Below, piece by piece: positions 53,111-64,000 of a stretch of 64,000 nucleotides of DNA (its first letter is position 1; each line of letters begins with the position of its first letter). A program made the translations under genes and the position numbers. Origin of the DNA: Eledone cirrhosa (taxonomy: Eukaryota); assembly GCA_964016885.1 (NCBI GenBank), contig OZ024743.1:5084001-5148000 (forward strand). The letters run 5' to 3'. The notes beneath the pieces are model-generated. The model searched no databases. It was not told where the DNA came from and saw only the letters and a program-made list of their open reading frames with translations.

Positions 53111-53322
53111 AAGTGAGGGTTTTTTTACAAAATCAAAACTACCCGAGGTGTCCTACACGGGTGGAAGTATAAAGAAAAAGAGATGAAATCGAAAATGCAA
53201 CTGGAGTCTTATTTGTTTTTTAAATCTATATTTATTTGGTTCCTTTACCGGTTTCGCAGTTCTTCTGCTTTTCAAAAGGTGAGTTGAGATGGAGGGTCTG
53301 TGGTTTTTATATATATATATAA

Positions 53323-53365
<43 letters not shown>

Positions 53366-53419
53366 TCCAGAATTAGCCGTCGAAACGGCTTGAGCTCAGC
53401 TGTCGGGGTCTTACTGGTT

Positions 53420-53485
<66 letters not shown>

Positions 53486-53705
53486 AATCTTAGACAAATA
53501 GGAGTTTATTAGGTTCAATCTTGTGAGAGTGGGGGGGGGGGTATATAAAGAGAGAGAGAGTGTGAGAGTGTGTGAGAGAAAGAGAGAGATGAGAGAGAGA
53601 AGATGGAGAGAGAGAGATAGTTAAACAGACAAGCAGACACAGACACACAGACACACAGTCAAATACAACGTAAAATATGCACACGCGCATACAGCATATG
53701 AATAT
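52770..53705. repeat. Local inverted duplication (~215-bp arms, ~510-bp spacer)
   Basis: 52770-52983 is the imperfect reverse complement of 53493-53705. Confidence 0.85.
53242..53279 (-). ncRNA. Minimal hammerhead ribozyme, U3-A8 core variant
   Basis: Minus strand: cctt-TTGAAAA-gcag aagaa ctgc-GAAA-ccgg-TA-aagg. Confidence 0.62.
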
Positions 53706-53791
53706 ATAAATACATTTACGCACACATAGACACAGATACACATAAGTACAAATAACTCGTGAACATGCAGAGGTACCTGACACACACATGA

Positions 53792-55697
53792 CATGTAAAC
53801 ACACCAGTACACATACACACACACACCTGTACACATACAAACACACCAGTACACATATAAACACACCAGTACACATGTAAACACACCAGTACACATATAA
53901 ACACACCAGTACACATGTAAACACACCAGTACAGATACACACACGCCAGTACACATGTAAACACACCAGTACACATGTAAACACACCAGTACACATGTAA
54001 ACACACCAGTACACATGTAAACACACCAGTACACATACACACACGCCAGTACACATGTAAACACACCAGTACACATATAAACACACCAGTACACATGTAA
54101 ACACACCAGTACACATATAAACACACCAGTACACATGTAAACACACCAGTACAGATACAAACACACCAGTACACATGTAAACACACCAGTACACATACAC
54201 ACACGCCAGTACACATGTAAACACACCAGTACACATATAAACACACCAGTACACATGTAAACACACCAGTACACATACACACACGCCAGTACACATGTAA
54301 ACACACCAGTACACATATAAACACACCAGTACACATATAAACACACCAGTACACATGTAAACACACCAGTACACATACAAACACACCAGTACACATGTAA
54401 ACACACCAGTACAGATACACACACACCAGTACACATGTAAACACACCAGTACACATACACACACGCCAGTACACATGTAAACACACCAGTACACATACAA
54501 ACACACCAGTACACATGTAAACACACCAGTACACATACACACACGCCAGTACACATGTAAACACACCAGTACACATGTAAACACGCCAGTACACATGTAA
54601 ACACGCCAGTACACATGTAAACACGCCAGTACACATGTAAACACACCAGTACACATGTAAACACGCCAGTACACATGTAAACACGCCAGTACACATGTAA
54701 ACACACCAGTACACATGTAAACACGCCAGTACACATGTAAACACGCCAGTACACATGTAAACACGCCAGTACACATGTAAACACACCAGTACACATGTAA
54801 ACACGCGAGTACACATGTAAACACGCCAGTACACATGTAAACACACCAGTACACATGTAAACACGCCAGTACACATGTAAACACGCCAGTACACATGTAA
54901 ACACGCCAGTACACATGTAAACACGCCAGTACACATGTAAACACACCAGTACACATGTAAACACGCCAGTACACATGTAAACACGCCAGTACACATGTAA
55001 ACACACCAGTACACATGTAAACACGCCAGTACACATGTAAACACACCAGTACACATGTAAACACGCCAGTACACATGTAAACACGCCAGTACACATGTAA
55101 ACACACCAGTACACATGTAAACACGCCAGTACACATGTAAACACGCCAGTACACATGTAAACACGCCAGTACACATGTAAACACGCCAGTACACATGTAA
55201 ACACGCCAGTACACATGTAAACACACCAGTACACATGTAAACACGCCAGTACACATGTAAACACGCCAGTACACATGTAAACACGCCAGTACACATGTAA
55301 ACACGCCAGTACACATGTAAACACACCAGTACACATGTAAACACGCCAGTACACATGTAAACACGCCAGTACACATGTAAACACACCAGTACACATGTAA
55401 ACACGCCAGTACACATGTAAACACACCAGTACACATGTAAACACGCCAGTACACATGTAAACACACCAGTACACATGTAAACACACCAGTACACATGTAA
55501 ACACGCCAGTACACATGTAAACACACCAGTACACATGTAAACACGCCAGTACACATGTAAACACGCCAGTACACATGTAAACACGCCAGTACACATGTAA
55601 ACACACCAGTACACATGTAAACACACCAGTACACATGTAAACACGCCAGTACACATGTAAACACACCAGTACACATGTAAACACGCCAGTACACATG
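53792..55697. repeat. 20-bp minisatellite (acacRccagtacacatgtaa) x~95
   Basis: Directly visible. Confidence 0.97.
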
Positions 55698-55994
55698 CTT
55701 ACATAAACGATATGTCACCAAATGTACGTAAAAACACATTGGCGTTCCAAGCATAATAAAGATACATATGGGAGTAGAGCACACACTTATACACATTAAA
55801 TTACGAGATTTTCAGCTTAGTGGCTTGATCTGCTAAAACTAAAAGCCGAATCATATATAAGTCCAAAAGCCTTTCATTTTTGGTCTGTTAGATTGGTTTT
55901 GACCTAGCTTTAAACAACAACGACGAGGACGACAACAATAACACACGTACATGAAAATGCAGGACCCCGCCGTATATGTATGTATGTATATATA

Positions 55995-56067
<73 letters not shown>

Positions 56068-56127
56068 ATAATAATAAATTTGAAGACTAAAAGCGATTCT
56101 TTGCTTAAACTTTAATTTGTTATTTTA

Positions 56128-56193
<66 letters not shown>

Positions 56194-56195
<2 letters not shown>

Positions 56196-56309
56196 CGAAG
56201 GAAATGTGGTAAGGAACCAGGTGGACCATAACGCACCAAAGTACTCAATACTTAGGGTAGTAGAGTGGGTAATAGGAACAAGTAAGACCCCGAAGGGGTC
56301 TTACTTGTT

Positions 56310-56312
<3 letters not shown>
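56194..56312 (-). mobile_element. Family-A pLTR remnant folded back at the HHR cleavage position
   Basis: taggaacaagtaagacccc-gaa-ggggtcttacttgttccta; the tail is nearly identical to 8239-8310. Confidence 0.72.
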
Positions 56313-56376
<64 letters not shown>

Positions 56377-56384
<8 letters not shown>

Positions 56385-56547
56385 TTCTACAGGACTAGAA
56401 CTGTTTCATTCGTGAGAAATCTTCAGGAAGCTTCCTGATGAAACAGTTCTAGTCCTGTAGAAGCTCTTCTATATTAAAACATTTATACTCTGCTATGTAT
56501 TGAGTACCTTACTTACTGTGGTTACCTCCGCTTCAACCCGGAATAAC

Positions 56548-56548
<1 letters not shown>
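56377..56548. mobile_element. Family-C pLTR palindrome; complete HHR on minus (56382-56432), stem-II-deleted copy on plus
   Basis: Minus strand: agcttc-CTGAAGA-tttctcacgaat-GAAA-cagttctagtcctg-TA-gaagct. Confidence 0.75.
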
Positions 56549-56579
<31 letters not shown>

Positions 56580-56797
56580 ATGTATGTATATATATATATA
56601 TAGTGGTGGAACACTGGAAGGTCATATCCGGAGTGGTAGCACTCAGTCCGTGGGACGAGTTGGGTAGAAGTGGTTACACAACAGTTAGTTCACCATACCG
56701 AGAACACTTGTTTCACCTTAGCGGATCCTCAGCTCGTAATGGACATGGTTATACGGAACATGGTTATACATATACATTTATTTATTTACTTATATAT

Positions 56798-56874
<77 letters not shown>

Positions 56875-57023
56875 GAGGTTATATTTATAAATATATATAT
56901 ATATATATAAATTATAAATACACACACATTTATATCTACACACATACATGCATATATGCTGGCTTAGTTCGGATTTAGCTGTCGAAACGACCGGAGCTCA
57001 GCCGTCGGGGTCCTGACTGCTTT

Positions 57024-57078
<55 letters not shown>

Positions 57079-57367
57079 ATATGCATGTATGTATATGTGC
57101 ATGTATGTATGTGTGTGTCTGCACTTTTCCTCCGTAATCTAGCGGTTCGAAAAAAAGAGATTAATAAACTAACTTTTAAAAGTAAGGAGCGTCATAGTGT
57201 CCTTTCTCTTTATGACCAAACTTTAATGAATGAAACCAGTATAACAATCAAAGAATATAAATGCGGCTAAACCTTAAGTTTATTGTAGTGGGTGCGGTGA
57301 TAATTAAAGTAAAGGTTATGTCATTGAAGATGAAGTTGTTTTTAGTACACCATACATACCATACATA

Positions 57368-58063
57368 CAGGGCCAGATATAATGGGGATCAAAGGGAGCA
57401 ATTTGTGCCCTCTGTTGTTGCGCTTGTTAGTTTTATCCTTATAACAACGAGAATTATATTTTTAACAAAAAGTATTTAATGTCCTTAGTGTGGCAAAATT
57501 CATCAAATTTTCTCAACTTTGGTGCTATCAGATTGTTACTATTTGAGCCACTGTAAAGTGATTGCGCTGCCATGGCAAAAACAATGCACCCACTAAACAC
57601 CCTAAAGTACCGTATTTCCCGGCGCCGAAGACGCTTCGTCCTCGAGGACACACCCTAATTTTGACAACCAAAAATTTGAAAAAAAAATAATAAACAACCT
57701 TCGGCCTCCGGGACGCAGGGTAGATTTTAAGACTTATTTTAGGAGAGAAGTAGCGTCTTCGCAACCAGGAAATACGGTAGTTAGTTATTTTAGGAAGAGA
57801 AGAGCGTCCAGCCAAGGAAACCATGTGAAATATGTAATGTATGACCAAGATGAAGTCATTCAGATATGTCCAACACATGCCATTGTGGAAATTGGACTAA
57901 AAATGAGGATGGTTGGATTTCTTTAATGTGATACCCGTATGTATAACTCTACAATAGTTGCACCGCCAACTTTGATATGTAAAAATGGGAGTTTGCTGTG
58001 TATTCTATTTTTTTTTTTTTTTTTTGTATGAGGGGCGTCCCCCAAGGTCTAAATCCGGCCCAG
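57368..58063. mobile_element. hAT-like non-autonomous DNA transposon
   Basis: TIRs cagggccagatata / taaatccggcccag; 8-bp TSD catacata/catatata. Confidence 0.55.
57610..57777. mobile_element. Tc1/mariner(pogo)-type MITE nested in the hAT-like element
   Basis: TA|ccgtatttcccggcgccgaagacgc ... gcgtcttcgcaaccaggaaatacgg|TA. Confidence 0.75.
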
Positions 58064-58351
58064 CATATATACATACATACATACATACATACATACATAC
58101 ATACATACATACATACATACATACATACGCATATACAGACATAAATACATACATACATACATGCATACATACATACGTACGCATATACATACATAAATAC
58201 ATACATACGTACGTGCATATATACATATATTCATACATTCATACGTACGTACATACATACATTTATTCATACATACATACATACATACGTACATACATAC
58301 ACACATACATACATACATATATACATATATACAGACATACGTACATACATA

Positions 58352-59512
58352 CATGGTGGCTGCCAACTCGTTTTCGAGTACGGCCACTACTTTATATCCA
58401 TGTAGGAGAACACCTACCGATGCGCTGAACGAGTGTGACTTTTTAGTCCAGCCAGCGACTTGAAAACTCTGGTACAAACTTGTGACAATTATTGACACAT
58501 AGTACTGGGCCCATGGTACCATGTGACGACAAGTGCAGAGAGATCTCCAGATATAAAGCAATGCCTGTGCCGTGAAGCTTTTATAGTGAGCAAAGGCACT
58601 GCACAAAGCCAGTCCCACTCTCTTAACCAAGATGATATTTACCAAAAAGAAAAACAAGTCAACATCATTGGATACCATCAGAGTTGCAGGTGTTATATCA
58701 GAGTTTTCCTTCTCCTAGAATTCTGCCTTGACAAAGGCTAAGGGGTCATCTCTCCCGGTGATTTTGGATGGCCATTGACTCTTAAGAGCTCCTTTGCCCT
58801 TTGACAGGTTTTGTTTTTAGTCTTGCAGGATGTCCAAAGTTACCCTCCTCACCAAGCAACCTTGGTGGGGTTGCCAGTTTAGTCGCCAACGACCCGACCA
58901 TGAGACAGGTCACCAGTTGGTGCTACTGGTAACATGTATCCCAGTACAACCTGTCTCATGGTCGGGTCGTTGGCGACTAAACTGGCAACCCCACCAAGGT
59001 TTCTTGGTGAGGAGGGTGACTTTGGACATCCTGCAGGACTAAAAACAAAACCTGTCAAAGGGCAAAGGAGCTCTTAAGAGTCAATGGCCATCCAAAATCA
59101 CCGGGAGAGATGACCCCTAAGCCTTTGTCAAGGCAGAATTCTAGGAGAAGGAAAACTCTGATATAATACCTGCAACTCTGATGGTATCCAATGATGTTGA
59201 CTTGTTCTTCTTTTTGGTAAATATCATCTTGGTTAAGAGAGTGGGACTGGCTTTGTGCAGTGCCTTTGCTCACTATAAAAGCTTCACGGCACAGGCATTG
59301 CTTTATATCTGGAGATCTCTCTGCACTTGTCGTCACATGGTACCATGGGCCCAGCACTATGTGTCAATAATTGTCACAAGTGTAGTGTTTGTGCCAGAGT
59401 TTTCAAGTCACTGGCTGGACTAAAAAGTCACACGTTCAGCGCATCGGTAGGGGTTCTCCTACATGGATATAAAGTAGTGGCCGTACTCGAAAATGAGTTG
59501 GCACCTACCATG
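58352..59512. mobile_element. 1.16-kb palindrome of two head-to-head non-autonomous RTE-derived elements
   Basis: Arms are inverted about the spacer 58911-58948; RTE-5'UTR-like ctaggagaaggaaaactctga; C-terminal Zn finger CSVCARVFKSLAGLKSH; (TATG)n tails. Confidence 0.75.
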
Positions 59513-59753
59513 TATGTACGTATACATACATGCACACATACAACTCAAAACATCCACATCCACACATACAATAACATCCATATCTACACATGCATGCATA
59601 CATACATATCTACCTAGTTGATGTGTAAATTCCAATGAAAGAGTCTTGTCTATGTTAGAAAACGACTCTCTCTTTATTGGGAAAAAATTTGTGAAATTAT
59701 AAAACCAGAAGAACGTACATACATACAAACATACATACATACATACATACATA

Positions 59754-60150
59754 CATGGTGGCTGCCAACTCGTTTTCGAGTACGGCCACTACTTTATATC
59801 CATGTAGGAGAACCCCTACCGAAGCGCTGAACGAGTGTGACTTTTTAGTCCAGCCAGCGACTTGAAAACTCTGGTACAAACACTACACTTGTGACAATTA
59901 TTGACACATAGTGCTGGGCCCATGGTACCATGTGACGACAAGTGCATCTCTCCCGGTGATTTTGGATGGCCATTGACTCTTAAGAGCTCCTTTGCCCTTT
60001 GACAGGTTTTGTTTTTAGTCCTGCAGGATGTCCAAAGTCACCCTCCGCACCAAGAAACCTGTCAGGTCACCAGTTGGTGCTACTGGTAACATGTATCCCA
60101 GTACAACCTGTCTCATGGTCGAGTCGTTGGCGACTAAACTGGCAACCCCA
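59754..60150 (-). mobile_element. Third, internally deleted copy of the RTE-derived element with an intact 5' end
   Basis: Colinear with the palindrome arm, lacking ~210 bp at ~59946; flanked by (CATA)n. Confidence 0.8.
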
Positions 60151-60561
60151 CATACATACATACATACATACATACATACATACATACATACATACATACA
60201 TACATACATACATACATACATACATGCGTGCGTACGTACGTACGTACGTACATACATACATACATACATACATACATACATACATACATACATACATGCA
60301 TGCATGCATGCATGCATGCATGCATACATACATACATACATACATACATACGTACATACGTACATACATACATACATACATACATACATACATTCATACA
60401 TACATACATACATACATACATACATACATACATACATACATACATACATGCATGCATGCATGCATGCATACATACATACATACATACATACATACATACA
60501 AACATACATACATACATACATACATACATACATACATACATACATACATACATACATACAA

Positions 60562-60763
60562 AGTATGACTGAACTTGGATTTGCGGGCAAAGAGCGCAGC
60601 TCCTTAATTCATAGTCTACAAATGGCTGCGATAGCTGGCACCTTCAAAATTTGCAAAACATTCTTGCGATTCGAGGGATGACAATTTCTTTTCTTTTACA
60701 ACCTTGCCACCAGGAAGGTGACCCGTCAAAAAAAATATACTCGAAATTAAGAGAAAGAGATAA
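60562..60763 (+). pseudogene. 3' end of an R4/Dong-like (REL endonuclease) non-LTR element in (CATA)n
   Basis: ELGF..LIHSLQMAAIAGTFKICKTFLRFEG* plus a short 3'UTR, with CATA repeats on both sides. Confidence 0.55.
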
Positions 60764-61248
60764 CATACATACATACATACATACATACATACATACATAC
60801 ATACATACATACATACATACATACATACATACATACATACAAACATACATACGTACATACATACATACGTACGTACATACATATAATGGCTATTGGCGTG
60901 ACGTGTGTTATAGGTTGTCTGAATCGGAAAACTTACAACTCTCCACAACCACACACAACAGATTCCTTCCACTCTGCTACCAGAAGCCTCTTCACAGAAA
61001 CCACAAATCGGTGAAGCGCTTCCTACTTATTATGATTTAACCTTTCCCCTTTAGCGTTTTATCTGAAGAGCTATATTTGTCCCCTCTTCCATAACCATGT
61101 CACCTCTCTTAATTATTGTTATCGATGTTGTTTTATCATTAACAACAACTTCATATTTCCTATAATCAATATGGCACTTGGTAAGCCTGGGGTGTTAGTG
61201 TCAATGTCTTCGAAACAGACCTATACACAGACACACACACACACACGC

Positions 61249-61372
<124 letters not shown>

Positions 61373-61437
61373 CTAATTAAAGGTTAATTAATCTCTAATA
61401 CCCAAGAGTTTTTTCTCATTTCATTTATATATGTATA

Positions 61438-61613
61438 CTGGTAAAATTCCGTTATAACGAATACCATTATAACGAATTTTTCAGTATAACGAAATCTCTT
61501 TCAATCCCCGGCTACACGCTCGACGTGTCAGGTCGATCTCGCTATAAAGAAATTTTCGTTACAACGATTTTTTTTTTATACCCCATGAATTTCGTTATAA
61601 CGAAATTTCACTG
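61438..61613. mobile_element. Tigger/pogo-like MITE
   Basis: TA|ctggtaaaattccgttataacgaa ... ttcgttataacgaaatttcactg|TA. Confidence 0.72.
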
Positions 61614-61636
61614 TATATATATATATATATATATAT

Positions 61637-62296
61637 AGTAGAATAATCGAGAATCGGAAAAACAGCTTACGAATTAACGATAAACAATATCCGATATGTG
61701 TGGCAGAGGGCTCAATAATTTGGATAAATCAGAGCTATAACTATCGTTAAAATACCAACACATAGAGATCATGTCTAAAATCACCCGTACAGCCGAAAAA
61801 GAACGACCAGGAAGATTCGGGTCACTCAAATAAAATATCAATAAATCAATAAGTTAAATGAATGTAAAAAACTCACCCGGACCCGCTAGAAGGATGTTAA
61901 ATCTAGCTTCTTAGGTTACTGCAATTCCTTATTCCAATCGCTATCAGCCCACATAAAAAATATATGAGACTTCTAGAGAAGGGGGGACGAGGAAGAGCTT
62001 TCTCAACAGGAATTCCGTCCGACAATGAAGAGAAGACCCTTAGCTAGAAACGCACATGGGACCCAGCAAGGGAGATAACCTCTACATTAGCGAAAAATGT
62101 CGGTGATGTGCAAATCACGTAAGGATACAAAATATCACATATCGAATCAGAGTGCTCAACAGACGTGTTAAAATAAACAGGAGCTATTCATCAGTCAATA
62201 AAAATGACAAAAAATAATCAATAAAATTAACTGGTATAGATAAATATAGTAGAATAATCGAGAATATAGTAGAATAATCGAGAATCGGAAAAACAG

Positions 62297-62300
<4 letters not shown>
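61637..62300. mobile_element. Unclassified (TA)n-inserted element with short terminal direct repeats
   Basis: agtagaataatcgagaatcggaaaaacagctta at both ends; 61650-61900 is similar to 19775-20003. Confidence 0.55.
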
Positions 62301-62343
<43 letters not shown>

Positions 62344-62370
62344 AGATCAAAAGATGGTTAAAAGAGTTCG

Positions 62371-62850
62371 ATGTATTTTATTATGCGCATTTCAAAAACA
62401 AATATCATCATGCAATAACATTTGCGTTTTTGTCAGATAAAATAGGGAGACATGATATGAAGGTTAAAACACACTTGTGAATAGTGCAGTTTTAAATCAA
62501 CATATGAAAAGTAGTTTTAGATTGCTACTTATCCGATATCTGCATTGCTTTATTGTACTACAATAAAACTCACCTCCTACATATATATATATGTAGGAGG
62601 TGAGTTTTATTGTAGCAGGAGGTGAGTTTGTACTACAATAAAACTCACCTCCTACATATATATATATATATATGTAGGAGGTGAGTTTTATTGTAGTACA
62701 ATAAAGCAATGCAGATATCGGATAAGTAGCAATCTAAAACTACTTTTCATATGTTGATTTAAAACTGCACTATTCACAAGTGTGTTTTAACCTTCATATC
62801 ATGTCTCCCTATTTTATCTGACGAAAACGCAAATGTTATTGCATGATGAT
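62371..62850. mobile_element. Nested pLTR palindrome with a hammerhead (minus, 62374-62444)
   Basis: 62404-62580 is inverted at 62673-62850. Minus strand: tattttat-CTGACAA-(long stem II)-GAAA-tgcgca-TA-ataaaata; the plus arm keeps CTGACGA. Confidence 0.75.
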
Positions 62851-63079
62851 AAAATTTTTGTCTTGACTTTTTTTTAATTGAGTTTGAATTATTTTCCTAT
62901 ATCTTACGTTAAATATTTTCCATCTTGACGTTATAGTCACTTATATATTATGAAATACTGTTGGCTTCTTGCTCACATTAATTTCTCTATTTTCATTTAT
63001 ATATAAATATATATATATATTGTTATACTTTGGGAGGGTCATGTTGCCATTTCCTATATATATAGGAAATATTTCTCAC

Positions 63080-63126
<47 letters not shown>

Positions 63127-63130
<4 letters not shown>

Positions 63131-63318
63131 TGAGATTCTACAGGACTAGAACTGTTTCATTCATTAGAAATCATCAGGAATCTCAGATTCCTGATGATTT
63201 CTAATGAATGAAACAGTTCTAGTCCTGTAGAATCTCATCTATATTAAAACTGTTATACTCTGCTATGTATTGAGTACCTTACTTACTGTGGTTACCTCCG
63301 ATTCAACCCGGAATAACG

Positions 63319-63319
<1 letters not shown>
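63127..63319. ncRNA. Family-C palindrome with two complete back-to-back hammerhead ribozymes
   Basis: agattc-CTGATGA-tttctaatgaat-GAAA-cagttctagtcctg-TA-gaatct on plus (63185-63235) and on minus (63132-63184). Confidence 0.8.
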
Positions 63320-63350
<31 letters not shown>

Positions 63351-63837
63351 CGTATTGTCAGACGTGAAAAAAAGTACTCAATACTGAAGCAATACTGAAG
63401 CAGATTTTAAATATTCAGTGGTGAAACTCTGGTAGGACCATGTGAGAAAAAAGTAAAGCTGAGAGCTAAGAGCAAATTCCGTTGCCAGTAGTAAAATAGA
63501 GTAGCTCCTGTATGGTTGATGGGGTTACAGTTGTATCTGCTTTTGTGTGGTGACTTTATTGCATTGAAGGCTCAGGGAGGAAGGTGTGCTATAGTGTGGG
63601 CAAAAAGAAACTGGATTTTCTCTCGACGCATAAATGCTGCTCGGCAGCATTACAGGGAGTGATATTGTGGGAAGTTCCCGAAATTCATGTGAAGTCCAGT
63701 CAAAAACTTGTGAAAGGAATGTCCCACAGCAAAAACTCCAAGTAAAATATACATATTTGCAAACACAACAGCATAATACGCACTAGTGCGAGCAACGAAA
63801 GTAAAAACATATTAGAATTTATATAGACACGATGCGA

Positions 63838-63915
<78 letters not shown>

Positions 63916-63927
63916 GTGGTGATGATG
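63838..63927. repeat. (ATG)n microsatellite
   Basis: Directly visible. Confidence 0.97.
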
Positions 63928-64000
63928 TTTCAACGATTAGCATTCATTTATTAGATCAGATGACGTACCTATTTATTAGATTAACTTGCAAGTGGTTGAG

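Noticed and set aside
53490-55796. 650-770-aa Cys/Val-rich ORFs in three minus frames
   Set aside because: Artefact of a stop-free 20-bp minisatellite

Overview
Repeat-saturated eukaryotic genomic DNA with no confidently identifiable host gene. The SINE family and the very high TA/CA/TACA microsatellite density suggest a cephalopod (octopus-like) genome, which is an inference. The window holds a near-intact L1/Tx1-clade LINE (1-5520), a Neptune-like Penelope-like element (PLE) with an open RT+GIY-YIG ORF (5638-7824, minus) and a decayed Nematis-like PLE (17929-19770). It also holds RTE, CRE-like and R4-like LINE fragments, two non-autonomous Helitrons, several MITEs, about 10 tRNA-derived SINEs and large satellites: a 4-kb ACC-rich array, a 10.5-kb GGTT array and a 1.9-kb 20-mer array. 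The main hidden signal is about 14 complete or degenerate type I hammerhead ribozymes (HHRs) plus several half-ribozymes. They come from several unrelated PLE pseudo-LTR (pLTR) families, mostly in (TA)n tracts. Their fold-back junctions map onto ribozyme structural elements, and several families share a covarying RCTC-N11-16-GAGY hairpin just 3' of the apparent priming end. The 10.5-kb GGTT array is a microsatellite expanded inside one such pLTR. All structures were read by eye and most coordinates are approximate.
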